Assembly (NCBI GenBank): GCA_964556545.1
Contig: CAZKWE010000092.1
Location: 9,213-73,212 of the forward strand
Reading direction: 5' to 3'
DNA from: an uncultured Campylobacteraceae bacterium
Lineage (GTDB): Bacteria; Campylobacterota; Campylobacteria; Campylobacterales; JALSKU01
DNA: 64,000 nt
Positions 10,773 through 19,759 of the stretch are shown piece by piece. The position numbers were made by a program, and so were the translations under genes. The notes under the pieces were generated by a model, which did not search any database, was not told the origin of the DNA, and was given only the letters and a program-made list of their open reading frames with translations. The stretch's first letter is position 1, and every line of letters begins with the position of its first letter.

Positions 10773-11195
10773 ATGAACAACCATATAAAACAGTTAACAG
10801 TATTTGTAGAAGACAAAATGGGAGAATTGACAGATATCACAACAATACTTTCTCAAAACGGTGTCTCATTAAAATCAATCAATCTGGTTGATTCAAGTGA
10901 TTTTGGATTGTTAAGAATTATTGTAGATGATACTAAAAAAGCAGCTTTTGTTTTGGAAAAAGAGGGATTTAGTCTGACAATTACAAATGTCATAGCCATA
11001 AAGATAAAAAACAAAGTAGGAAGTTTTAACAAAGTAGTAACCGCCTTAAGCAAAAATGATATAAATATCGAGTATATCTATACTGTTGACAGTGATACAT
11101 ACGGTATATTTATCTTTAAAGTTGGTCCGAAAGATTTTGAAAAGGCAGTAAATATTTTAAAAGAAAGCAGTATTGAAACTTTAAAGACCATATAA
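10773..11195 (+). CDS. ACT domain-containing protein
   Basis: About 140 aa with two ACT-like beta-alpha-beta-beta-alpha-beta repeats (LTVFVEDKMGELTDI..., IAIKIKNKVGSFNKV...). Start set to ATG 10773, preceded by AAAGGAG. Confidence 0.65.
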   Translation: MNNHIKQLTVFVEDKMGELTDITTILSQNGVSLKSINLVDSSDFGLLRIIVDDTKKAAFVLEKEGFSLTITNVIAIKIKNKVGSFNKVVTALSKNDINIEYIYTVDSDTYGIFIFKVGPKDFEKAVNILKESSIETLKTI

Positions 11196-11196
11196 T

Positions 11197-11607
11197 ATGA
11201 ATCTTGATGAGTTACAAAAAAGTGAAATAGGCTTTCTTTCTCATATAGGCGGAAAACTTGTAAACTTTAGTGAAGGATATGCCGAACTTGCTTTTGAAAT
11301 AAATGATTTTCACAAACAGCATCTCGGAGTAGTTCACGGTGGAGCTATGGCAACTTTGGCAGATCATGCCGGATGGTATGCTGCAGTATCACAGATAGAA
11401 ATAGGACAAACCTGTGTAACAATAGAGTTAAAGATAAATTATTTAAAACCTGCTTTTGAAGAACTTTTAAAAGCACAGGCAAAAGTTGTAAACAAAACCA
11501 GAAAAACTGTTTTTGTCGTTATAGAGCTTTTTGACAAAGACAAGATCGTAGCTTATTCAACGGCAACATATTCGATTATAACGGAAAAAAGGAATTCCAA
11601 ATGTTGA
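11197..11607 (+). CDS. PaaI-family (hotdog fold) thioesterase
   Basis: 136 aa, HGGAMATLADHAG motif characteristic of PaaI/YdiI 4HBT-type thioesterases. Confidence 0.7.
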   Translation: MNLDELQKSEIGFLSHIGGKLVNFSEGYAELAFEINDFHKQHLGVVHGGAMATLADHAGWYAAVSQIEIGQTCVTIELKINYLKPAFEELLKAQAKVVNKTRKTVFVVIELFDKDKIVAYSTATYSIITEKRNSKC

Positions 11608-12212
11608 GTGCTTTTATAGAAGGGTTTATTCTTGGTATAGGAGCAGCAGTACCGGTAGGTCCTATAAATATACTCATTATGACAAATGCCTTGAAAAATT
11701 ATAAAAATGCCTTAAGTATAGGCTTTGGTGCGATGAGTGCGGATATAACTTATTTGGTACTTATCCTTTTAGGGCTTTTTGCATTTGTTAAAAACGGAAT
11801 ATTTCAAACACTTCTTGGAATTTTTGGTTCACTGTTTTTAACTTATATAGCATACCTGATCTTTAAAAATAGAAATGAAAAGATAGAACTTGATCCCTCG
11901 AAGATAAAAGACGGACATACAAAGATAGTTTCAAATTATTTAAAAGGGTACTCATTAACTCTTTTAAATCCTTATACTATAGGATTTTGGATAAGTGTTT
12001 CAGCATATATATCAACCAAAAACCTCTCTTTTGGTTTTACACTGCTTGGACTTTTCAGCGGTATATTTTTATGGATAACTCTTATGCCTTATGCTGTACA
12101 CAAAACCAAACATTTACTCTCTCACAATATGATAAAAAATATTTCTATTGTCGCAAGCGGCATTATACTGTTTTTTGCAATAGGAATGATAGCAAATATA
12201 ATAAAAGGATAA
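11601..12212 (+). CDS. LysE/ArgO family amino acid exporter
   Basis: 203 aa, 5-6 TM, N-terminal [17 protein letters not shown] motif of the LysE family. Overlaps the thioesterase gene by 7 nt. Confidence 0.7.
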   Translation: MLSAFIEGFILGIGAAVPVGPINILIMTNALKNYKNALSIGFGAMSADITYLVLILLGLFAFVKNGIFQTLLGIFGSLFLTYIAYLIFKNRNEKIELDPSKIKDGHTKIVSNYLKGYSLTLLNPYTIGFWISVSAYISTKNLSFGFTLLGLFSGIFLWITLMPYAVHKTKHLLSHNMIKNISIVASGIILFFAIGMIANIIKG

Positions 12213-12216
12213 AAAT

Positions 12217-13419
12217 ATGGAAAAATCATATCTTTCGTCAAATCCTGATGAAAAAGGATATTTTGGTAAATATGGCGGAGCTTTTATACCTCCTCAACTT
12301 GAAAAGCCCTTTGCGGAGATAAATGAGGCTTATGATAGATTATCTAAGAGTTTCGATTTTCTTGATGAGTTAAAAAGCATAAGAAAACATTATCAGGGTC
12401 GCCCTACTCCAATCTCTTATGCAAAAAGGCTTAGTGAATTTGTCGGTGGAGGAAGAATTTATTTGAAAAGAGAGGACTTGAACCATACGGGTGCACATAA
12501 GTTAAACCACTGTATGGCTGAAGCTCTTGTAGCAAAATACCTTGGCAAAAAGAAAATCATGGCTGAAACAGGAGCAGGACAACATGGTGTAGCACTTGCA
12601 ACTGCGGCAGCTTATTTTGGATTGGAGTGTGAAATACACATGGGTGAAGTGGATATCGAAAAGGAGAAACCCAATGTCATAAGGATGAAGATCCTCGGAG
12701 CTAAAGTGGTACCGGTAACTCATGGGCTTAAAACTCTAAAAGAGGCGGTGGATAGCTGTTTTGAAGCTTATGTGGCTCAGGCTGATAGTGCTTTTTATGC
12801 GATAGGTTCGGTTGTAGGACCTCATCCGTTTCCAAAAATGGTAAGAGATTTTCAAATGGTTGTAGGGCTTGAAGCAAAAGAGCAATTTTATGAAATGACA
12901 AATCAACTCCCGGATAGTGTAGTGGCTTGCGTCGGAGGAGGAAGCAATGCAATGGGCATATTTAGCGGTTTTATAGATGACCCTGTCAAACTATACGGAG
13001 TTGAACCTCTTGGTATCAGTACAAGACTGGGTGAACATGCAGCAAGTCTGACTTATGGAAGTGACGGAATAATGCATGGATTTAATTCTATAATGCTAAA
13101 AGATGAAAACGGGGAACCTGCTCCTGTTTATTCGGTTGCAAGCGGACTTGATTATCCTTCAGTCGGACCGGAACAGGCTCATTTAAAAACCATAGGAAGA
13201 ACCATTGTAGCAACCGCTTCAGACGAAGAAGCTATAGATGCTTTTTATAAACTCTCAAGATATGAAGGTATTATTCCCGCACTTGAGAGTTCTCATGCTG
13301 TTGCATTTGCCATGAAGCTTGCCAAAGAGAGACCAAAAGAGTCAATTTTAGTAAACTTGAGTGGCAGGGGCGATAAAGACATAGACTTTGTTGTAGAAAA
13401 TTATCCTATACCTGAGTAA
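12217..13419 (+). CDS. trpB: tryptophan synthase beta chain (divergent, not linked to trpA)
   Basis: 400 aa. PLP-lysine motif HTGAHKLN, plus [30 protein letters not shown]. Confidence 0.85.
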   Translation: MEKSYLSSNPDEKGYFGKYGGAFIPPQLEKPFAEINEAYDRLSKSFDFLDELKSIRKHYQGRPTPISYAKRLSEFVGGGRIYLKREDLNHTGAHKLNHCMAEALVAKYLGKKKIMAETGAGQHGVALATAAAYFGLECEIHMGEVDIEKEKPNVIRMKILGAKVVPVTHGLKTLKEAVDSCFEAYVAQADSAFYAIGSVVGPHPFPKMVRDFQMVVGLEAKEQFYEMTNQLPDSVVACVGGGSNAMGIFSGFIDDPVKLYGVEPLGISTRLGEHAASLTYGSDGIMHGFNSIMLKDENGEPAPVYSVASGLDYPSVGPEQAHLKTIGRTIVATASDEEAIDAFYKLSRYEGIIPALESSHAVAFAMKLAKERPKESILVNLSGRGDKDIDFVVENYPIPE

Positions 13420-13425
13420 ACAAAG

Positions 13426-13448
13426 CAAAGGGGAGTCAACCCCCTTTG
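13426..13448 (+). terminator. hairpin after trpB (candidate terminator)
   Basis: caaagggg-agtcaac-cccctttg, 8-bp GC-rich stem 7 nt after the trpB stop. The T-tract is weak (ttgcttag). Confidence 0.45.
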
Positions 13449-13498
13449 TTGCTTAGTAACAATATTGTCTATATTTAAAAAATACAAAGAGTACTGTT

Positions 13499-14500
13499 TT
13501 GAAAAGATTGCCTGCTGAGTGGGAAAAACAAAAATGTATCATGATCACTTATCCTCACAAAAAAAGTGATTGGAAATGTTGTTTGCAAGAGATAGAAAAA
13601 ACTTATATCCAAATAATAAAAGGTATATCAAAATATCAAAAGTGTTTGATAATATGTGATGATATAAAAAGAGTAAAAAATATTCTCGACTTCAATCAAG
13701 ACAATCTTATATTTGCAAATATATCCACAAATGATACCTGGATAAGAGATTATGGAGCTATTGATCTCATTGACAAAGATAGTGTAGTATCGTATGATTT
13801 TACATTTAACGGATGGGGTAAAAAATTTGATGCTTCATTGGACAATTTGGTAAATCAAAAATTATATAAAAAAAATTTTTTCAAAAACTCACTAAAAAAA
13901 ATAGATTTTGTTCTTGAAGGCGGAAGTATAGATTCTAACGGAGACGGGGTTTTGCTTACTACAAAAAAGTGTCTTTTAAATAAAAACAGAAACCCTTTTT
14001 TATCACAAGAACAAATAGAAAAAAAACTTTTTGAATATTTTGGACTAAAAAAAATTTTATGGTTAAAAAACGGTGGGCTTTTCGGAGATGATACGGACTC
14101 GCACATAGATACCCTTGCAAGATTTTTAAATACCGATACAATTTGCTATGTAAAGTGCTACAACAAAGATGACGAACATTATACCGAATTGAATAAAATG
14201 GAAAAAGAGTTGCAACAAAGCGGATTTAAGCTTGTGCCTATTCCTCTGCCGGATCCTGTTTTTTACGAGGGAGAAAGATTGCCTGCAACTTATGTTAACT
14301 TTTTATTTGTAAACAATGCCATAATACTGCCAATTTACAATCAAAAAAAAGATAAAGAGGTTATCAAAATTTTTAGAAATTTTTATCCGAATAAAGATAT
14401 AATTCCAATTGATGCATCTATTCTTATAAGAGAACACGGCAGTATTCACTGTGCCACGATGCAAAGATACATACAACCAAAGGATATAAATGACTCTTGA
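13499..14500 (+). CDS. aguA: agmatine deiminase
   Basis: 333 aa. WIRDYG, DSHIDTLARF and catalytic-Cys motif GSIHCATMQ of the agmatine/peptidylarginine deiminase family. TTG start. Confidence 0.85.
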   Translation: MKRLPAEWEKQKCIMITYPHKKSDWKCCLQEIEKTYIQIIKGISKYQKCLIICDDIKRVKNILDFNQDNLIFANISTNDTWIRDYGAIDLIDKDSVVSYDFTFNGWGKKFDASLDNLVNQKLYKKNFFKNSLKKIDFVLEGGSIDSNGDGVLLTTKKCLLNKNRNPFLSQEQIEKKLFEYFGLKKILWLKNGGLFGDDTDSHIDTLARFLNTDTICYVKCYNKDDEHYTELNKMEKELQQSGFKLVPIPLPDPVFYEGERLPATYVNFLFVNNAIILPIYNQKKDKEVIKIFRNFYPNKDIIPIDASILIREHGSIHCATMQRYIQPKDINDS

Positions 14501-15368
14501 AAAAAAAGCTACTATCGTTTCAAGCAGTATCGCAACGATTCTTATAATTATAAAACTCATCATAGGCATTTTAAGCGGTTCTGTTTCAGTACTTGCAAGT
14601 GCGATAGACTCCGTACTGGATCTCATAGTATCGGCTTTTAATCTTTTTGCCATTACAAAATCGGAAAAACCTGCTGATGAAGAGTTTAACTATGGAAGAG
14701 GAAAGATAGAAGCTTTGGCTGCAGTTATAGAAGGAACCGTTATCACTATGAGCGGTCTTTTTATACTGTATGAAGCGATTAAAAAAGCCGTAAACAAAGA
14801 AATCACGCAACTTCTTGATACTTCTATACTTGTTATGGGTGTTTCGATAGTCTTAACTGTCGGCTTGGTTCTTTTTTTAAATTATGTTGCCAAAAAAACA
14901 AACAACCTTGTTATTCGTTCCGATGCACTACATTATAAAACCGATATATACAGTAACGGAGCAATTCTTTTAGCACTTTTTCTTATAAAATTAACAGGTA
15001 TCCAAATCATTGACTCTCTTTTTGGAGGAGCAATTGCAGTATATATCATATATTCTGCTTATGCAATTATCAAAGAAGGGGTTTTAATGTTGCTTGATGT
15101 AGCACTTGATAAAAAAATAGTTGACAGTATTAAAGATATTATTATTAGTACAAACGGAGTTACGGATTATCACTTTTTAAAAACAAGAAAATCCGGAAAA
15201 ACCAACTTTGTAGATGTTCATGTCGTTATGACACCTGATATTTCACTTTTGGAAGCTCACAGGATTGCTGATACCATAGAAGATAAGATCAAGAAATTGG
15301 ACAATAAAAGCAATTGGAGCATAACTATACACCTTGATCCTTATGATGACTCCGATATAAATACCTAA
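14490..15368 (+). CDS. cation diffusion facilitator (CDF) family transporter
   Basis: 292 aa, 6 TM plus a cytoplasmic C-terminal domain. Metal-site motifs SAIDSVLD (TM2) and DALHYKTD (TM5). Confidence 0.8.
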   Translation: MTLEKKATIVSSSIATILIIIKLIIGILSGSVSVLASAIDSVLDLIVSAFNLFAITKSEKPADEEFNYGRGKIEALAAVIEGTVITMSGLFILYEAIKKAVNKEITQLLDTSILVMGVSIVLTVGLVLFLNYVAKKTNNLVIRSDALHYKTDIYSNGAILLALFLIKLTGIQIIDSLFGGAIAVYIIYSAYAIIKEGVLMLLDVALDKKIVDSIKDIIISTNGVTDYHFLKTRKSGKTNFVDVHVVMTPDISLLEAHRIADTIEDKIKKLDNKSNWSITIHLDPYDDSDINT

Positions 15369-15661
15369 CCCTCTTCCTTTTGGCAACAATTCTCAAATTT
15401 TCTTTTCTTGCCCCATCTGTGTTGATGCCCTTTGCCGTAAAGTTCAACTTCTATATGATCAGCCTCATTTTTACTTATAATTACACAAGAATCGCACCCT
15501 GTTTTGATATAAAAGCTGCCTTTTAAAAATCCTACTCTGCATATATAAATCATTTCATCTTTATTTAATCCCATAGACTGAAGTCTCTGTTTTAAATCAT
15601 TTGGCAAATCAATATCTTTGATAATAGCTCTTCCACCTTTGTCAAGTTCACTTAATTTCAC
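15365..15661 (-). CDS. FeoA-domain protein with basic/Cys C-terminal tail
   Basis: 98 aa. SH3-like FeoA pattern (LSELDKGGRAIIKDI...RLQSMGLNKDEMI...EADHIEV), followed by GKGHQHRWGKKRKFENCCQKEEG. Immediately downstream of feoB. Confidence 0.65.
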   Translation of the reverse strand: MKLSELDKGGRAIIKDIDLPNDLKQRLQSMGLNKDEMIYICRVGFLKGSFYIKTGCDSCVIISKNEADHIEVELYGKGHQHRWGKKRKFENCCQKEEG

Positions 15662-15673
15662 TTATATCTCCAA

Positions 15674-17827
15674 TCAATAACCCGCAATTTTCAATATATT
15701 ATATACCGTATATGCCAAAAGCCAGGCTAATACATTCGGATAAACAGTATAAAAAGTTCTCCACAGCCATTGAGGAATTTCAGCATAAAATGTACTCATT
15801 GCAGCAAGACAGGGAGAATATATCATTATAATGATAATAAGTGCAACTGCAGCTTTGAAGTCAACATTCTCTTTCATTTTTTGAATAAGTCCGTTGTTTT
15901 CCAATCCTCCTCCAACAGCATAAAGAGTTCCCATGGTAGAAACAACTACTTCTTTTGCTGCAAGACCGGCTATGACGGATACTGTCATTCTCCAGTCAAA
16001 GCCAAATGGTTTAAAAATCGGATTTATTGTTTTTCCGATAGTACCAAGATAACTATCTTCCAAAAGTTTGGCATTTAATTCATTTTTTAAACTCTCTTTA
16101 CTCTTTTTATTTGTAGCCAACTCTATCTTTTTTTCAAAAATTTGCTCTGTTTTTGGATGGTGGGGATAAGTACTTAAAAACCATACAATCATTGCCGCAA
16201 CAGCTATAAAAGTACCTGCTTTTTTTAAAAACATTTTTGTTTTTATCCATAAGTCCATAAGCAAAGATTTCATTGAAGGAAATCTGTATGGCGGTATCTC
16301 CATTACAAACGGCTCGGGTTCGCCTTTGAACAAAACAACCCTGAGTATTTTTGCAACAATCAAGCCAAGTACGGCCCCGCCGATATATATGGCAAAAAGT
16401 ACATTTCCGGGATTATGGTTGGCAAAAAAAGCGGCAATCACCAAAACATAGATAGGAAGTCTTGCTCCACAACTCATAAATCCCAAAACAAGCATAGTAA
16501 TGATCCTGTCTTTTGGATTTTTCAGAGTTCTTGCCGCCATATATGCAGGTACCGTACATCCAAAACCGCTAACCAACGGCACAAAAGCTTTTCCCTGAAG
16601 ACCGAATTTTTTCAAAAATCCGTCCATCAGATATGCCGCTCTTGCCATATATCCGGTTTGTTCGAGTAAATTTATACCTAAAAAAAGTATTAAAATATTC
16701 GGTAAAAACATTACGACTGCACCGATTGCAGGAATAACACCTTCTGTCAAAAGTGAATTAAATTCCCCTTTTGGCAAAATTTCCGATATATAATTTGCAC
16801 TGTTGCTAAAAAACCAGTCTATCCAATTCATAGGAATATTACCCAATTCAAATGTCAATTGAAACAAGCCCCACATAAAAAAAAGAAATATAGGAAGCCC
16901 CAATACAGGATGAATAAGTATATTGTCTATTTTTTCGCTAAGACTCTCTTGTATTTCAGGTATTTTTAGTGCTTCCATTTGAAGGTTGTGCGAAAGTGCC
17001 GCTCTTTCATTGGAAAGTATATCGGTTGTGCTCTCTTCATCAAATTCCGCTTCAAGTTTTTTGTACATTTTTTCCAAAATATCATGAACCTCTATCCAAA
17101 CAGGCAAATCATGTATCATTTTATATATATTTTCATCTCGGTCAAGAAGTCTGATTGCTACAAATCTTGCAAAATCAGGATCTTTAAAATGAGGTGACTT
17201 TTTTAGTATTGATATGAGCTTTTCTATCCTCAGCTCTATCCTTTCGCTGTAATAAATCTTGTTTTTTTCTTTTGGGTGTTTGTAAACCTCTATGATAGTA
17301 TCTACTATTTCATCAATTCCTTTATGTTCTTTTGCCGAAGAGAGGACAACAGGAATACCAAGAAGCATTTCAAGCTTATCTTTATCAACGCTTCCTCCTT
17401 TTGCCTCAATTTCATCTATCATATTGATAACCAGTATCATTTTTTTATGCATATCAAGAAGTTGCAAAGTAAATATAAGATTCCTTGAAAGAGTATTTGC
17501 ATCAACGATATTGATAATGATGTCATACTCTTCTTGTATAAGATAATTTTTACTGACTTGCTCTTCGGGAGTATAAGCATTAAGAGAGTAAATTCCGGGC
17601 AAATCAACCAAACTTATATCATATCCGTCTTTTTTAATATCAACCACTTTTGTATCAACTGTGACACCAGAAAAATTACCGGTATGAAGTCTTGCGTCTC
17701 CTATAGCATTCAAAAGAGATGATTTGCCTACATTTGGCTGTCCTGCAACTACAACTTTTATTTTACTATTTTTTACGAGACTTTTATCATTTTCAGCCGA
17801 TAAGCTACTCTTGCGGTGAGTGTTCAT
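15674..17827 (-). CDS. feoB: ferrous iron transporter FeoB
   Basis: 717 aa. N-terminal G-domain (GQPNVGKSS, DLPG, NMID) followed by the polytopic gate domains. Confidence 0.9.
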   Translation of the reverse strand: MNTHRKSSLSAENDKSLVKNSKIKVVVAGQPNVGKSSLLNAIGDARLHTGNFSGVTVDTKVVDIKKDGYDISLVDLPGIYSLNAYTPEEQVSKNYLIQEEYDIIINIVDANTLSRNLIFTLQLLDMHKKMILVINMIDEIEAKGGSVDKDKLEMLLGIPVVLSSAKEHKGIDEIVDTIIEVYKHPKEKNKIYYSERIELRIEKLISILKKSPHFKDPDFARFVAIRLLDRDENIYKMIHDLPVWIEVHDILEKMYKKLEAEFDEESTTDILSNERAALSHNLQMEALKIPEIQESLSEKIDNILIHPVLGLPIFLFFMWGLFQLTFELGNIPMNWIDWFFSNSANYISEILPKGEFNSLLTEGVIPAIGAVVMFLPNILILFLGINLLEQTGYMARAAYLMDGFLKKFGLQGKAFVPLVSGFGCTVPAYMAARTLKNPKDRIITMLVLGFMSCGARLPIYVLVIAAFFANHNPGNVLFAIYIGGAVLGLIVAKILRVVLFKGEPEPFVMEIPPYRFPSMKSLLMDLWIKTKMFLKKAGTFIAVAAMIVWFLSTYPHHPKTEQIFEKKIELATNKKSKESLKNELNAKLLEDSYLGTIGKTINPIFKPFGFDWRMTVSVIAGLAAKEVVVSTMGTLYAVGGGLENNGLIQKMKENVDFKAAVALIIIIMIYSPCLAAMSTFYAEIPQWLWRTFYTVYPNVLAWLLAYTVYNILKIAGY

Positions 17828-18066
17828 TTTTCACTCTCCACTATGATATTTTCTGCCTCTTCTTCTCTAAGACCCACTTTTGTATTCCCGGCCAAGATAT
17901 CCCATGTCTGTTTGGCAAGAGTATGTTTTAATACTTTTATTTTTGCTCCTTTAACTATACCCATTGCTGTAAGTCTGCCTCTTATAGGCTCTTTTGCCGT
18001 AATTTTTCTTACAATCGCACAATCGCCTATATTCATCTGAGATACTTTTTTCATTATGATTATCAT
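17824..18066 (-). CDS. feoA: ferrous iron transport protein FeoA
   Basis: 80 aa FeoA domain (MNIGDCAIVRKI...RLTAMGIVKGAKIKV...), 4-nt overlap with feoB. Confidence 0.8.
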   Translation of the reverse strand: MIIIMKKVSQMNIGDCAIVRKITAKEPIRGRLTAMGIVKGAKIKVLKHTLAKQTWDILAGNTKVGLREEEAENIIVESEK

Positions 18067-18124
18067 CCTAAAATATTTTAATTTGCGAAATCATAACAAA
18101 AAAGAGTTTAATAAATACTTAAAG

Positions 18125-18139
18125 TGATAATCATTATCA
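18125..18139 (-). promoter_or_regulatory. Fur box upstream of feoA-feoB
   Basis: TGATAATCATTATCA, a perfect 7-1-7 palindrome matching the core of the GATAATGATAATCATTATC Fur consensus, about 60-70 bp upstream of feoA. Confidence 0.7.
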
Positions 18140-18195
18140 ATTAAAAGAGTTAAAAAGAATTATTTTGCAAATAATCAGAGAAATATTAAAATCCG

Positions 18196-18633
18196 TCAGT
18201 TGCCTGCTTTTGTTGTTATTTGATCAAGAACATTTTTCATTTTAGGTATTACGGCACAGCCTTGCAATTTAAATCTCTTTTTTAAAATATCCGGATTTAA
18301 ATACTCTATTTTTACTTGATCGTTATAATCTTTATAAACCAATATCCTAATCGGCAAATCAATGGCAGCCCGTATATCTCTTAGCATTATTCTTGTGCCC
18401 ATTTTAGGATTGCCAAATATAATAACTTTGGCTTCAAGCATATCATATCCAACTTTTTGGGCATTGGCTTTATGATCAATGATGCCAAATACATTCATGC
18501 CTTTTGATTTGACTATCTTTTCTATATTTTTTATAGTTTTATCAACAGAATATTTACTGTTTTTTATGATATACTCACCGGCATTTAAAACGACTATACT
18601 TAGTACCCAGATTAAAATCAATCTTATTTTCAT
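18196..18633 (-). CDS. DUF302 domain-containing periplasmic protein
   Basis: 145 aa, signal peptide, DUF302-like pattern (VFGIIDH...A...G......VIIFGNPKMGT..M......A.DLP.RILVY). Confidence 0.6.
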   Translation of the reverse strand: MKIRLILIWVLSIVVLNAGEYIIKNSKYSVDKTIKNIEKIVKSKGMNVFGIIDHKANAQKVGYDMLEAKVIIFGNPKMGTRIMLRDIRAAIDLPIRILVYKDYNDQVKIEYLNPDILKKRFKLQGCAVIPKMKNVLDQITTKAGN

Positions 18634-18847
18634 AATCTTATCCTTGCTTTTATTTGGCAGAATATGTAAGACATATCATATTTTGCCGATTGTATTTTAA
18701 CAAACAAAAGTGCCTCTTTGGTGCTAAGTACCTATCCAAAAGCATTTTGTTTTATCATCCGTTTTATTATTTATCATAGAAAATATAGACCATCTAATAC
18801 AAGATATGATAAAATACTTATAAACTTTTCCGCCAAAGGCTTTGTGT

Positions 18848-19726
18848 ATGAAAATAAATACAGCTTTAATTCAACAAAAATTTCACAACACTAAAGAAAA
18901 AACCATACAAAAAACTCTTGAATTAATAAAAAAGGCAAAAAAAGAAAATGCCGAACTTGTTGTATTGCAAGAGCTTCACCAAGACAGATATTTTTGCATT
19001 AATGAAAATACTGATAATTTTGCAAAAGCAGAAAGTTTTAAAAACGATATTGTTTTTTGGTCAAAAATTGCCAAAGAGTATGGTATAGTATTGATTACTT
19101 CTTTATTTGAACAAAGAACTCACGGTCTATACCACAATACGGCAGTTGTATTTGACAAAGACGGGAGTATTGCCGGAAAATACAGAAAAATGCATATCCC
19201 TGACGACCCTGGTTTTTATGAAAAGTTTTATTTTACACCGGGAGATTTGGGATTTGAGCCGATAGATACAAGTATCGGAAAACTTGGTGTTTTGATATGT
19301 TGGGATCAATGGTATCCGGAAGCTGCAAGAATTATGGCTTTAAAAGGAGCGGAAATACTGATATATCCAACTGCCATAGGGTGGTTTGATGAAGATGACG
19401 ACAAAGAGAAACAAAAGCAGCTTGAAAGCTGGATAACCGTACAAAGATCACATGCCATAGCAAATGGCTTACCGGTTGTTGCAGTCAACAGAGTGGGCTT
19501 TGAAAAAGATGAAAGCAAATGCCTCAAAGGTATAAGATTTTGGGGGAACTCTTTTGTTTGTGGTGCCGCAGGAGAGATATTGTGTAAACTTGATAATGAT
19601 AGCGAACAATGTAAAATTATCCAAATTGATACAATCTGTACCAAAAAAAGGCGAGATATCTGGCCTTTCCTGAGAGATAGAAGAATTGATGCATACAAAA
19701 CTTTACTTAAAAGATATAATGATTAA
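18848..19726 (+). CDS. aguB: N-carbamoylputrescine amidase (carbon-nitrogen hydrolase)
   Basis: CN-hydrolase catalytic E-K-C context (VVLQEL, YRKMHIP, VLICWDQWYPE). About 292 aa, starting from ATG 18848. Confidence 0.8.
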   Translation: MKINTALIQQKFHNTKEKTIQKTLELIKKAKKENAELVVLQELHQDRYFCINENTDNFAKAESFKNDIVFWSKIAKEYGIVLITSLFEQRTHGLYHNTAVVFDKDGSIAGKYRKMHIPDDPGFYEKFYFTPGDLGFEPIDTSIGKLGVLICWDQWYPEAARIMALKGAEILIYPTAIGWFDEDDDKEKQKQLESWITVQRSHAIANGLPVVAVNRVGFEKDESKCLKGIRFWGNSFVCGAAGEILCKLDNDSEQCKIIQIDTICTKKRRDIWPFLRDRRIDAYKTLLKRYND

Positions 19727-19759
19727 AAATCATACTCTTTTAAATACGAAGAAAAAATT

